Assembly: GCA_965371285.1 (NCBI GenBank)
Contig: CBDUXU010000003.1
Location: forward strand, 1 to 36,539
Direction of reading: 5' to 3'
DNA from: an uncultured bacterium
Lineage (GTDB): Bacteria; Desulfobacterota; GWC2-55-46; DRQE01
Length of the DNA: 36,539 bases
Part shown: positions 7,363 through 16,468 of the stretch, piece after piece
How the letters are laid out: each line of letters starts with the position of its first letter
How positions within the stretch are numbered: the first letter of the stretch is position 1
Notes under the pieces: generated by a model
Databases searched by the model: none
What the model saw: the letters and a program-made list of their open reading frames with translations, nothing else
What the model was told of the DNA's origin: nothing
Made by a program: the position numbers and the translations under genes

Positions 7363-8763
7363 ATGGTCATTAGAACAAGATTTGCACCAAGCCCGACAGG
7401 GTACTTGCATTTGGGCGGGGTGCGGACCGCCCTCTTTAACTACCTCTTCGCAAAAAAGAGCGGCGGCAGTATCATCCTAAGAATTGAAGATACGGATAAA
7501 AAAAGAAGTGAAAAGAAATATGAAACAAACATCATTGAAGACCTGGAGTGGCTGGGGCTAACTTTTGATGAAGGGGTAGATATAGATGACAGCGACCTTG
7601 GCCCCTACCGCCAGTCCGAGCGTAGTGACATTTATAAAAAACATGTAGATAAACTTTTAGCATCCGGCGATGCCTACAAATGTTACTGCACAAAAGAGCG
7701 GTTAGACAAATTAAAAACCTCACAGATAAAAGCAAAAAAACCTCCTCGTTATGACGGCAAGTGCCGCGAGCTGGACCATGAAATGGGGACGGGGACCAGG
7801 GGGAATATCCCTGAAAGCGCAAAATTTGCCGTCCGTTTTAAATCAAAAAAAAGAACAATCAAATTTAAAGATATGGTTCATGGAAACATGTTTTTCGAAT
7901 CAACAAGTTTTGGCGACTTTGTAATCCTCACCACAGAGGGAAATCCCATATACAGCCTTTCTGTTGTTGTTGACGATGCCCTCATGAAAATAAGCCATGT
8001 TATAAGAGGAGACGACCACCTCTCCAACACTGCCAGGCAGATCCAGATATACGAAGCTCTAAAATTTGATGTGCCTACTTATGGTCACATCCCATTGGTA
8101 ACAGGACCTACCGGAGCTCCCCTTAGTAAAAGAGATAAGGGATTTACCGCACAGGAACTTAAAGAGAGCGGCTATCTTCCCCTTGGCATATTAAACGGCC
8201 TTGCAAGACTGGGCTGGGACGGGGGTAATAACCTCTTGGAAATGGAAGAAATGATAGAAAAATTTGATATTTCAAAGGTAAGCAAAAGCCCTTCTAAATT
8301 TGATATAGAAATAATTAAAAACTACAATAAACAGGCAATAGTAGCGGACAGTTCTATAGAATACTTGATAAAAGCAATTAGAGGTGATTTTAAAACAGTT
8401 GAAGGCAACAGGCTTCCAAAACTTATAAAAGAAGTAAAAGCAAACAGCTCTACAATAGAAGAATTAAAAGAATTAATTTTGCCTTTTACTGACCAATTTA
8501 AACTGGAAACAAGTATAACCAAGGGCTTAAAAGAAAAATCTCCCCAGATGGTTATATCTGCCCTAAAAGAAGCCGTTAAAGACACCACTACCAACCTAAG
8601 TGATGTTGTTAACATAGTGAAAGATAGGACATCTTTAAAAGGTAAGGAGCTTTTTATGCCCATAAGGCTCGCGCTAACAGGTTCGTCCCATGGCATAGAA
8701 CTTCCCAGGGTCTTAAACCTTCTGGGCAGAGATGAAATTTTAAAAAGATTGGAGTCACTTTAA
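7363..8763 (+). CDS. gltX: Glutamate--tRNA ligase
   Basis: RTRFAPSPTGYLHLGG, LRIEDTD, CYC Zn motif, HVIRGDDH, LSKR, anticodon-binding domain. Start moved to ATG 7363, just after the ispF stop. Confidence 0.95.
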   Translation: MVIRTRFAPSPTGYLHLGGVRTALFNYLFAKKSGGSIILRIEDTDKKRSEKKYETNIIEDLEWLGLTFDEGVDIDDSDLGPYRQSERSDIYKKHVDKLLASGDAYKCYCTKERLDKLKTSQIKAKKPPRYDGKCRELDHEMGTGTRGNIPESAKFAVRFKSKKRTIKFKDMVHGNMFFESTSFGDFVILTTEGNPIYSLSVVVDDALMKISHVIRGDDHLSNTARQIQIYEALKFDVPTYGHIPLVTGPTGAPLSKRDKGFTAQELKESGYLPLGILNGLARLGWDGGNNLLEMEEMIEKFDISKVSKSPSKFDIEIIKNYNKQAIVADSSIEYLIKAIRGDFKTVEGNRLPKLIKEVKANSSTIEELKELILPFTDQFKLETSITKGLKEKSPQMVISALKEAVKDTTTNLSDVVNIVKDRTSLKGKELFMPIRLALTGSSHGIELPRVLNLLGRDEILKRLESL

Positions 8764-8768
8764 AAGTA

Positions 8769-10232
8769 ATGACAAACTCCCTGCCAAAAAAAATCAAACT
8801 CTTTAATACCTTAACTGGCAAAAAAGAAATATTTGAACCTGTAAAAGCCGGCCATATAGGGATGTACGTATGCGGGCCTACCGTATATGACCTTAGCCAT
8901 ATTGGACACGGAAGAAGCGCTGTTGCCTTTGATGTTATCTTTAAATATTTCAAGTACATTGGCTTCAAAGTAAACTACACCAGGAACTATACCGATGTTG
9001 ACGACAAGATAATTAAAAAAGCCAATGAGGAAGGTATAAGCGCCACAGAAGTTGCAGAAAAAAATATACGGGAATTTGATTTGGATATGGAGGCTCTGGG
9101 AGTGGCCCTGCCGACAAACAGGCCTAAGGCAACCGAAAGCATGGCGGATATCATAAAGATCATAGAAAAACTTATAGAAAAAGGTTTTGCTTACAAAATA
9201 GATGACGGAGTTTATTACTCAGTGAGAAAGTTTGAAGGTTATGGAAAATTATCTGGGAAAAACATAGAAGACTTGGAAAGCGGAGCGAGGGTTGAAGTTG
9301 ATACAAACAAACAAGACCCTCTGGACTTTGCACTTTGGAAAAAAAGTAAACCGGGGGAGCCTTACTGGGAAAGCCCTTGGGGGGAAGGCCGTCCGGGGTG
9401 GCACATAGAATGTTCCGCTATGAGCATGAACCTCCTGGGAGATACCATAGACATCCACGGGGGAGGCAGGGACCTGGTTTTTCCCCACCACGAAAATGAA
9501 ATTGCGCAAAGTGAAGCAGCAACAGGAAAGATTTTTACAAAGTACTGGATGCACAACGGTTTTGTTAACATCGAAAAAGAAAAAATGAGCAAGTCTATTG
9601 GAAACATTTTAAACATTAGAGACGCCCTAAAAAACCACAGCGCAGAATCTATAAGACTTTTTCTTTTATCAAGCCATTACCGCTCGCCAATTGATTACAC
9701 AGCGCAATCTCTAAAAGACTCTGAGGCGGCAGTAGAAAGATATTACCGCACAGTAGGCAGGATTGGGGAGGACTTTAAGGAAGCTCTAACTTTAAAAATT
9801 GATAAAGAAGAATTAAACAATAGGATGACAACAATATTTGACGCCATGAATGATGACTTCAACACTGCCCTTGCAGTAGGGAAGATTTTTGATGAGTGCG
9901 GCAGGGCTAACAAAATAATGGACCTGGCATCAGGCGGGTTTTCATCTCTTACAAGTGATGCCAAAAAGGAACTCTCTCTTATTTTAAACCTGCTGGAAGA
10001 GGCAAATAGCTTCCTTGGGATTTTTATAAAAACATCTACTCAATACTTTGAATCTATTAAAAGCAGGTCAGGGGTGGATAGCAGTGAAGTTGAAAACCTA
10101 ATTGAAGAGAGAAAATTGGCGAGAGATAATAAAGACTTTAAAAAAGCCGATGAAATAAGAGATAACTTACTGAAAAAAGGTATTGTTTTGGAGGATAAAG
10201 CAGGCGGTACTGTTTGGACTGTAAAAAAATAA
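8769..10232 (+). CDS. cysS: Cysteine--tRNA ligase
   Basis: YVCGPTVY, HIGH, GRPGWHIECSAM, FPHHENE, KMSKS, DDFNT, ADEIRD. Confidence 0.98.
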   Translation: MTNSLPKKIKLFNTLTGKKEIFEPVKAGHIGMYVCGPTVYDLSHIGHGRSAVAFDVIFKYFKYIGFKVNYTRNYTDVDDKIIKKANEEGISATEVAEKNIREFDLDMEALGVALPTNRPKATESMADIIKIIEKLIEKGFAYKIDDGVYYSVRKFEGYGKLSGKNIEDLESGARVEVDTNKQDPLDFALWKKSKPGEPYWESPWGEGRPGWHIECSAMSMNLLGDTIDIHGGGRDLVFPHHENEIAQSEAATGKIFTKYWMHNGFVNIEKEKMSKSIGNILNIRDALKNHSAESIRLFLLSSHYRSPIDYTAQSLKDSEAAVERYYRTVGRIGEDFKEALTLKIDKEELNNRMTTIFDAMNDDFNTALAVGKIFDECGRANKIMDLASGGFSSLTSDAKKELSLILNLLEEANSFLGIFIKTSTQYFESIKSRSGVDSSEVENLIEERKLARDNKDFKKADEIRDNLLKKGIVLEDKAGGTVWTVKK

Positions 10233-10234
10233 TA

Positions 10235-10624
10235 TTAAAAACTGCTGTCTTCTTTTTCTTTATTAGAAATCCATTTATCTATCTCCTGGCGGGACTCTTT
10301 ATCTAAATTTTTAAATTCTAACCCCATACCGGGATTAACCCTCTTTTCGGGGTCAAATTCACAAACCCATGATACGCGAGTGTCACAGGAAATAACTATT
10401 TCCGTATCAGGTATTAAAAAACTAATAGCCAGCAAAGTATCTACAGGCTTAGGCGTAGCAGTAGAAATAAAAATACCGCCATAACTAATGTTTTTTGCGT
10501 AACCTAAAAATGTACTGCCTATGCCTTCTGTAACCTTTTCTACGAGAAGATGGCGAACCTGACCTCTTCTGTTAGGCCTTAGAAGTACATAATTTTTACC
10601 AATAGTCTCTTTACTAATATTCAT
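10235..10624 (-). CDS. Single-domain PilZ protein (putative c-di-GMP receptor)
   Basis: RRGQVR (RxxxR) and NISYGG (D/NxSxxG) motifs, GMGLEF; resembles the myxobacterial/deltaproteobacterial PilZ subfamily. Confidence 0.85.
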   Translation of the reverse strand: MNISKETIGKNYVLLRPNRRGQVRHLLVEKVTEGIGSTFLGYAKNISYGGIFISTATPKPVDTLLAISFLIPDTEIVISCDTRVSWVCEFDPEKRVNPGMGLEFKNLDKESRQEIDKWISNKEKEDSSF

Positions 10625-10673
10625 TTCTTTACCTATGATGTGAACTTAAAGTGAATTGCTGAGTAATGAAATT

Positions 10674-11603
10674 CTAACAGTTATCCACAGGCATGTCAAC
10701 CTGGGTCAGGGCCTCTACATAGTCTAAAGCCCTAAAGTCTTGTAAATCCTCAACTTTTTCTCCCACTCCTATGTACCTAATTGCTGTGGATAACTCCCTT
10801 GCAATAGGTATGAGGATACCTCCCTTGGCACTGCCATCTAATTTGGTAATAGCAATACCTGTTAAATCTACTGCTTCATTAAATGACTTAGCCTGAATTA
10901 GGGCGTTCTGACCTGTGGTACCGTCTATAACCAAAAGTCTTTCATGAGGAGCAGACCCCTCCATACCGGATTCCTTAAAAGCTTTTCCAATTACCCGGTC
11001 TACTTTTTTTAACTCTTCCAAAAGATTTTCGTCGGAATGAAGCCTGCCTGCCGTATCTATAATTGCCACATCCCTGCCTCTGGCAATTGCCGCCTTTACA
11101 GTATCAAAGGCAACGCTGCTTGGGTCAGACCCGGGGGCTCCTGTTACTATGTCTGCTCCCGTTCTCTTAGCCCAAACAGCTAACTGCTCCGTAGCGCCGG
11201 CCCTGAAAGTGTCTCCTGCACCTAAAATTACGCTCTTACCAACGGATGCAAACCTGCCGGCAAGTTTTCCTATGGTAGTGGTTTTCCCGACGCCATTTAC
11301 TCCAATAACCATTATGACAAAAGGAGACCCTTCGGGGTTTAGCACAGCTTCCACAGGTTTTAAAATATCTAATAAAATTTTATTTAACTTAGCTTCCAGC
11401 GCCTCGGTGCCAGAAGCCAGTGAATCTCTTAGCTGGCCTGCAATGAAACCGGACGACTCTATTCCCATGTCAGACATAATGAGAGTTTCTTCTATTAACT
11501 CAATAGACTCGTTAAGAGTTTTGGCTCCTACGGCGCTTTGCAGCCCTGATAGAATTGTTTTATGATTTCTTGCAATTTTTTTATTGAAAAAATTAAAATC
11601 CAT
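10674..11603 (-). CDS. ftsY: Signal recognition particle receptor FtsY (short form, NG domain only)
   Basis: GVNGVGKTTT, DTFRAGA, DTAGRL, DGTTGQNA, TKLDGSAKGG, GVGEKVEDL. Confidence 0.95.
   Translation of the reverse strand: MDFNFFNKKIARNHKTILSGLQSAVGAKTLNESIELIEETLIMSDMGIESSGFIAGQLRDSLASGTEALEAKLNKILLDILKPVEAVLNPEGSPFVIMVIGVNGVGKTTTIGKLAGRFASVGKSVILGAGDTFRAGATEQLAVWAKRTGADIVTGAPGSDPSSVAFDTVKAAIARGRDVAIIDTAGRLHSDENLLEELKKVDRVIGKAFKESGMEGSAPHERLLVIDGTTGQNALIQAKSFNEAVDLTGIAITKLDGSAKGGILIPIARELSTAIRYIGVGEKVEDLQDFRALDYVEALTQVDMPVDNC
10681..10689 (+). promoter_or_regulatory. Perfect DnaA box
   Basis: TTATCCACA. Confidence 0.5.
10785..10793 (-). promoter_or_regulatory. Perfect DnaA box
   Basis: TGTGGATAA, the reverse complement of TTATCCACA. 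Confidence 0.45.
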
Positions 11604-11631
11604 GAAATCTCCTTAAAACTCACCATATAAA

Positions 11632-12276
11632 TTATAACTTAGGGTGAGTGAATAACACTTTATCTAACCGGGGATTAATTTCAACACTTTTGTATTCAAT
11701 ATCCAGTTCCTCATTATTGAAATCAATAAGAATAGAAAAAGGCACTGCCGCTCCTCCTACTTCCCTGTAATTTGATAGTTTGGCAGATAGGTCTTCCTCC
11801 TCAAGAGGCCTGATATTGTATGTAAAATTTTCCTCGTCAAATTCAACCATGAAATTTGCAGATAGTTTTTCGACGCTTAAACTTCCCATTAAAAAAGAAA
11901 CCATGTCTTCCGGCTTAAACTTTAAGGGGTATGGCTCGAGAGTTAAGTCGTGAAATTTAAAAGTCTTGCCGTCAAATATGGAAAAACCCCGTCCGTCGGA
12001 AACTATAAGCGCCATTATCTTGTCAAAGGGACCAAGAACTTCTATCCTGAAAGAGTCCGGGCTTTGGACAAAAATGTTTGCCCTGCCTTTTAATCCTGTC
12101 TCTCTTAGGGTTACATTTGCTTTTGCAGATAGTGATGTTGGAGTGGTAAAAGAAGAAAGTGGGCGGTTATCTATAAAATTCCCACTGCTTTTATAGGATG
12201 TACAACCTGCCAAAGTAATTAAAACCGTTGCAAGTACCAAGGAGTTGAATATAACTTTATTTAGAATGGTTGTCAC
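11632..12276 (-). CDS. Lipoprotein, LolB-like/DUF4292-like
   Basis: Lipobox LAGC; PDSFRIEVLGPF beta-strand motif and C-terminal VPFSI resemble the LolA/LolB fold; coupled to the TPR gene, as lolB is in many Proteobacteria. Confidence 0.6.
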   Translation of the reverse strand: MTTILNKVIFNSLVLATVLITLAGCTSYKSSGNFIDNRPLSSFTTPTSLSAKANVTLRETGLKGRANIFVQSPDSFRIEVLGPFDKIMALIVSDGRGFSIFDGKTFKFHDLTLEPYPLKFKPEDMVSFLMGSLSVEKLSANFMVEFDEENFTYNIRPLEEEDLSAKLSNYREVGGAAVPFSILIDFNNEELDIEYKSVEINPRLDKVLFTHPKL

Positions 12277-14042
12277 TTATTAGAGATTTGCGTTTTTAAT
12301 TTATCTATTTTAATTTTTAATTCTTTATTGTTCGGGTCTAAGTTATGAGCCTTTTCAAAAACCTCCAGAGCTCTCTTTAAAGCACTTATTTTTAAATAAG
12401 CATCTCCCAGATGTTCTGCAACAACAGGGTCTTCAGGCAGAAAAGTTAAAGCCCTCTCCAGCTCGGTAACTGCCTTATCAAAATCACCTTTTTTATAATA
12501 GAGCCAGCCTAAACTGTCTATAATATGCCCGCTGGAAGGTTTTGCCTCTAAAGCTCTTTTAATATAATTTTCTGCATCATTAAGCCTTATGCCTTTTTCT
12601 GCAAGAGTATAACCAATATAATTAAGGGCATTTGCATGTTTAGGGTTTAACTTTATTACCCTTGCCATTTGCATTAGAAAGTTGTCAAACTCCCCTATGT
12701 CCTCGTACATTATACCCAGCAAGAAGTGAAGCTCTTCGTCAGGTTTGTTAGCAGCTATAACAGTTTTAAAGTATGTAATGCCTTCTTCATGTTTTTTTGC
12801 ATTTCTGTAAAGAGAAGCAATTAACCTGTATAAATCATTGTCACCTTCTTCTTTTGTATCAATAACTTCTTTTATTATCTTTATGGTTTCATCAAACTTT
12901 CCCTGCCTTTCATAAACAAAAGCCAGGTGAATTTTTGCATCTTCAAATACGCTATCCTGTGATGGAATTTTTTTGAACTCATCGGCAGCCTTATCCAACT
13001 CTCCTGTTTCTTCATATACAGTACCAAGGTAATAGCGGGCTTTATAGTAACTTGGGTTAGTTGTTAAAACAGAAGCAAATTCTTTTATTGATTTTTCGTA
13101 CTCCTGCATTTCAAAATATACAAGTCCGATTTTAACAGCAGCTTCCAAACTGTATTTCGGCACGCTTTTAAGCTGTTCATAAATACGGAGAGCTTTTTTC
13201 ATTTCATCTATTTTTACATAAAGCAGAGCTATCCTGTCCCAAAGCCCTACATCGTGAGGCTCAATCTCTACTGCCTTCTCGTACATGTTGATAGCCAAGG
13301 TTTCCCTGCTTGTTTTTTCATATATATTTGCAAGCTCAACATAAACTGCCTTAAAGGAGGCGTTGCGTTCAATTGTTTTGTTATAAAACTCAATTGACTT
13401 TACATTATTATTCATCATTGAATATATCTTTCCGAGATAATAATGCGCCATGACTGATTCTGGTTTATGTTCCACTAAATTATTCAAAACTAATAGGGCA
13501 TTTTCTAATTCGTTTTTATTTACATATTGGTTTGCAAGGAGCAGGTAAGGGTTCTGCCCGTTTGGGTCCTGTTTAATGGCAATGCGGTACTCCCTCATTG
13601 AATCCCTGTCCCTGCCAAGCGTGGAGTAGAGCTCACCAAGAAGCACATGTGATTTTGTGAAATAAAAATCAACTTTTATGGATTTTTCTAAAAGTTTAAG
13701 GGCTTCATCTGTCTTGCCCCTGCGAAGGTGTATGTGAGCAAGGTCTGAATATAATTTAGGACTGTCAGGGTCTTCCTTAATTGCTTTTTTCAGGCTTGTT
13801 ATGGCGCCCTCCGAGTCGCCGCCTTCTAGCTGCAGCTTTGATTTAATAAAATTGAAATATGCCTTAGATTGGGGAACCGGCTTGCTGGAAGTATACCTAA
13901 GAGGTACATTATAAAAGGGCTTTTGTGAAACCGGTTTTGCACGTCCGCCGGAACAGGATGTTAAAACGATTACAACTGCGCCTAACAAGGAAAGCCTGCA
14001 TACCTTATATAAACCATCGAAATTAAGTATATTAATTAACAT
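12273..14042 (-). CDS. Tetratricopeptide-repeat (lipo)protein
   Basis: Lipobox LTSC, many TPRs, ALNYIGYTLAE...IIDSLGWLYY...EHLGD C-terminal signature. ATG 14042 preferred to GTG 14048 because of spacing from the SD (AGGGAG). Confidence 0.9.
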   Translation of the reverse strand: MLINILNFDGLYKVCRLSLLGAVVIVLTSCSGGRAKPVSQKPFYNVPLRYTSSKPVPQSKAYFNFIKSKLQLEGGDSEGAITSLKKAIKEDPDSPKLYSDLAHIHLRRGKTDEALKLLEKSIKVDFYFTKSHVLLGELYSTLGRDRDSMREYRIAIKQDPNGQNPYLLLANQYVNKNELENALLVLNNLVEHKPESVMAHYYLGKIYSMMNNNVKSIEFYNKTIERNASFKAVYVELANIYEKTSRETLAINMYEKAVEIEPHDVGLWDRIALLYVKIDEMKKALRIYEQLKSVPKYSLEAAVKIGLVYFEMQEYEKSIKEFASVLTTNPSYYKARYYLGTVYEETGELDKAADEFKKIPSQDSVFEDAKIHLAFVYERQGKFDETIKIIKEVIDTKEEGDNDLYRLIASLYRNAKKHEEGITYFKTVIAANKPDEELHFLLGIMYEDIGEFDNFLMQMARVIKLNPKHANALNYIGYTLAEKGIRLNDAENYIKRALEAKPSSGHIIDSLGWLYYKKGDFDKAVTELERALTFLPEDPVVAEHLGDAYLKISALKRALEVFEKAHNLDPNNKELKIKIDKLKTQISNK

Positions 14043-14089
14043 TATCACTCCCTATTATTCTTAAAGGTACAAAAAAAATCTGTCTGAGT

Positions 14090-14118
14090 ATTATAACATT
14101 TTAAAGTTAAATCATCAA
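14090..14118 (-). promoter_or_regulatory. sigma70-type promoter for the TPR-lolB-like-ftsY-pilZ operon
   Basis: Minus strand TTGATG-17 bp-TATAAT with extended TG. Confidence 0.65.
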
Positions 14119-14162
14119 ATGGGGGAAGTGGTGGGAGTTGTTTTTGGCAAAAAATATAATTA

Positions 14163-14175
14163 AATCAAGAGGTTA
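14163..14175 (+). promoter_or_regulatory. Putative IHF site
   Basis: AATCAAGAGGTTA matches WATCAANNNNTTR with an upstream A-tract; about 45 bp upstream of the TPR promoter -35. Confidence 0.45.
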
Positions 14176-14182
14176 TGAAATA

Positions 14183-14551
14183 TTAACAGTTAGGGGAAGT
14201 TTCTTCTGTGGGGCTGGTATTTTCATCTTCAGCGCTGTTATGTTCAGTCGGTTCTGCCAGAAAAGCCTCTCCTTTATCTCTCTGGTTTGAAATAGACTTT
14301 AAAACATCATCCGGAAGGTCCAAAGTGCTGAGGTTCAGGTCATCAATTTCAGAAACTATACCTATTAGCACTTCTACTCTTTCCGGCGCTGTCAGGGCCT
14401 TGTGAACCAGTATTCGCTCCTTACCTTTATGGGTAAAATAACCGCCCAGGGAGTTTACTACGCCTTTTTTAAGGTCATCATACTCTAAGGTGATATTAAG
14501 TTTGGCTACTGCATCTTCTAATTTGGCAAGTAAATCTGCTGTTTTTGTCAT
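14183..14551 (-). CDS. Small hypothetical protein
   Basis: 122-aa ORF filling the gap, with its own promoter; GGY...ILVHKALT.PERVEVL core and an acidic, low-complexity tail. Confidence 0.75.
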   Translation of the reverse strand: MTKTADLLAKLEDAVAKLNITLEYDDLKKGVVNSLGGYFTHKGKERILVHKALTAPERVEVLIGIVSEIDDLNLSTLDLPDDVLKSISNQRDKGEAFLAEPTEHNSAEDENTSPTEETSPNC

Positions 14552-14563
14552 AGTATTGTGGAT

Positions 14564-14592
14564 ATTGTGGACTGAAAGAGCAGCCGAGTCAA
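14564..14592 (-). promoter_or_regulatory. Putative promoter for the hypothetical gene
   Basis: Minus strand TTGACT-17 bp-CACAAT. Confidence 0.5.
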
Positions 14593-14640
14593 GGCAAAAC
14601 TCAAAAGAGAATAGAAAAGTGAGAAAATAAAAATATTATG

Positions 14641-14669
14641 TTGACTAAGCCGTAGCCCTGTTCTATTAT
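14641..14669 (+). promoter_or_regulatory. sigma70-type promoter for trxA
   Basis: TTGACT-17 bp-TATTAT; SD AGGAG at 14710-14714. Confidence 0.65.
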
Positions 14670-14722
14670 TTAAAGTAGCAGTAACTGATTGGAAATATAC
14701 TACGCAATTAGGAGAAGTTTAG

Positions 14723-15049
14723 ATGGCAGATAATATTATAGATGTATCAGATGATAGTTTTGAAACAGAAATTATAAAATCAAAAACACCAACCCTTGTT
14801 GATTTTTGGGCGACTTGGTGTGCTCCTTGCAGGGCTATAGCGCCGGTTATTGAAGAACTTGCCAATAGTAATGTAGGTAAAATAAAAGTAGCAAAGATGA
14901 ATGTTGATGACAACCCTGCTACTCCGGGCAAATACGGAGTGAGAGGTATTCCAACACTTATTCTTTTTAAAGACGGTGAAATAGTAGACCAGCTGGTAGG
15001 GTCTGTCCCAAAAAGCCAAATAGAGGAACTTTTGAACAAAGCTTTATAA
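14723..15049 (+). CDS. trxA: Thioredoxin
   Basis: LVDFWATWCAPCR, KMNVDDNP, YGVRGIPTLILFKDG; 108 aa. Confidence 0.96.
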   Translation: MADNIIDVSDDSFETEIIKSKTPTLVDFWATWCAPCRAIAPVIEELANSNVGKIKVAKMNVDDNPATPGKYGVRGIPTLILFKDGEIVDQLVGSVPKSQIEELLNKAL

Positions 15050-15069
15050 AAAATCTATTAACTTTTTTG

Positions 15070-15107
15070 AAAAATGGCAGGCACATATTGTGACTGCCAT
15101 TTTTTTT
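15070..15107. terminator. Intrinsic terminator after trxA, likely bidirectional
   Basis: AAAAATGGCAG-GCAC...GTG-A-CTGCCAT stem followed by a long T run and preceded by an A run. Confidence 0.8.
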
Positions 15108-15136
15108 ATTTACATTCTATTAAATGTTGGAGACAG

Positions 15137-15652
15137 GTGAGTAAATTTTTCAAAAATAATATTTTTATTATTCTATCCATAGTTAGTATAATTTCCGGCT
15201 GTGACAGCAATGCAGTTATAGATAAAAAAACCCTGGCCATACTAGGCACAGCCGCTCCATCATTTGAAGTGACAAGCTTCAGCGACGGGAAGATATCTTT
15301 AGACAAATATAAAGGCAGCCCCGTGGTGCTTAACTTTTGGGCAAGCTGGTGCGCCCCCTGCAAGAGAGAAGCTCCTGACCTGGAAAAAACTTACAATTTT
15401 TTTAAAAACAGGGGAGTTGCCTTTATAGGCATAGCCTCTGACGACACTAAAGACAATGCCCTGAAGTTCGTAGAAGAGTTTAAAATCACCTACCCCAACG
15501 GAATGGATGAAGAAGAAGTTGTAAGTAAAAAATACTCCGTACTCACACTGCCTATAACTTTCGTAATAGACAGGGAGGGCAACATAAGCTTTAAAAAAGT
15601 TGGCCAAATTGATGAGGACAGGTTAAAAAAAGAAATTAGAAAAGTTTTATAA
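15137..15652 (+). CDS. TlpA/ResA-family thiol-disulfide oxidoreductase lipoprotein
   Basis: VVLNFWASWCAPCKRE, LPITFVIDREG. Start moved to GTG 15137 (SD GGAGA), which gives a lipoprotein signal ending ISGC; the track start (15074) lies inside the terminator. Confidence 0.9.
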   Translation: MSKFFKNNIFIILSIVSIISGCDSNAVIDKKTLAILGTAAPSFEVTSFSDGKISLDKYKGSPVVLNFWASWCAPCKREAPDLEKTYNFFKNRGVAFIGIASDDTKDNALKFVEEFKITYPNGMDEEEVVSKKYSVLTLPITFVIDREGNISFKKVGQIDEDRLKKEIRKVL

Positions 15653-15662
15653 GTATAATGGT

Positions 15663-15692
15663 TTGACAAAAGCAGGCAATTACAAATATAAT
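15663..15692 (+). promoter_or_regulatory. sigma70 promoter for rpe
   Basis: TTGACA-18 bp-TATAAT, both hexamers consensus. Confidence 0.75.
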
Positions 15693-15727
15693 ATAAACCA
15701 AACCGGATCATAAAGGAAACAGGTAAG

Positions 15728-16384
15728 ATGAATAAAATCGCCCCGTCAATACTAGCTGCAGATTTCTCCCGTATAGGAGAAGAAATTAAACTGGTTGAAA
15801 AAGCCGGTGCCGATTATATCCATATTGATGTAATGGACGGTCACTTTGTCCCTAACATTACAATTGGCCCTCTCGTAGTGGAGTCTATAAGAAAAACAAC
15901 AGACCTCCCCCTTGATGTTCACCTTATGATTTCCGACCCTGAGAAATATATTCCCGAATTTGCTAAAGCAGGAAGTGATATTATAACTATCCACGCAGAG
16001 AGCACTCCCCACCTCCACAGGGCAATTCAAATGATAAAAGAAGAAGGCAAGAAAGCAGGTGTGTCAATAAACCCCGGGACTCCTGTGTTTAACCTGGAAG
16101 AAGTTATACTGGATATTGACCTGGTTTTAATTATGTCCGTAAATCCCGGCTTTGGCGGCCAAAAGTTTATAGAAAACACGCTAGATAAGATAAGCATAAC
16201 AAGGGAGCTTTTAAACAAAGCAGAGTCTAATGCAGACCTGGAAGTTGACGGGGGAATTAAAACCGACAACATAAAAAGAGTTGGCGACGCTGGGGCAAAT
16301 GTATTTGTAGCAGGGTCTGCAATATTTGGAAGCGGCGACTACAAAAAAACTATCGAAGCAATGAAAAAAGAACTGGACGGCTGA
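15728..16384 (+). CDS. rpe: Ribulose-phosphate 3-epimerase
   Basis: [52 protein letters not shown]. Confidence 0.98.
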   Translation: MNKIAPSILAADFSRIGEEIKLVEKAGADYIHIDVMDGHFVPNITIGPLVVESIRKTTDLPLDVHLMISDPEKYIPEFAKAGSDIITIHAESTPHLHRAIQMIKEEGKKAGVSINPGTPVFNLEEVILDIDLVLIMSVNPGFGGQKFIENTLDKISITRELLNKAESNADLEVDGGIKTDNIKRVGDAGANVFVAGSAIFGSGDYKKTIEAMKKELDG

Positions 16385-16406
16385 GTGACATCTATTTACG
16401 CATCTT

Positions 16407-16425
16407 GCAGGTTTATTTTACCTGC
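16407..16425. terminator. Weak hairpin between convergent rpe and manC
   Basis: GCAGGT-TTATTTT-ACCTGC; no clear U-tract. Confidence 0.35.
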
Positions 16426-16468
16426 TGATTAATATATTTGCATTTTGAATTATAATAATATTAAAAAA

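Noticed and set aside
11122-11132. GGGTCAGACCC palindrome in ftsY as a member of the repeat family
   Set aside because: It encodes the conserved GSDP motif of FtsY, so protein constraint explains it.
14810-14835. WCAPC instead of WCGPC in thioredoxin
   Set aside because: A common natural variant.
15074-15136. Cys/His-rich N-terminal extension on the TlpA-like protein
   Set aside because: It is a translation of the trxA terminator; GTG 15137 has an SD and gives a proper lipoprotein signal.
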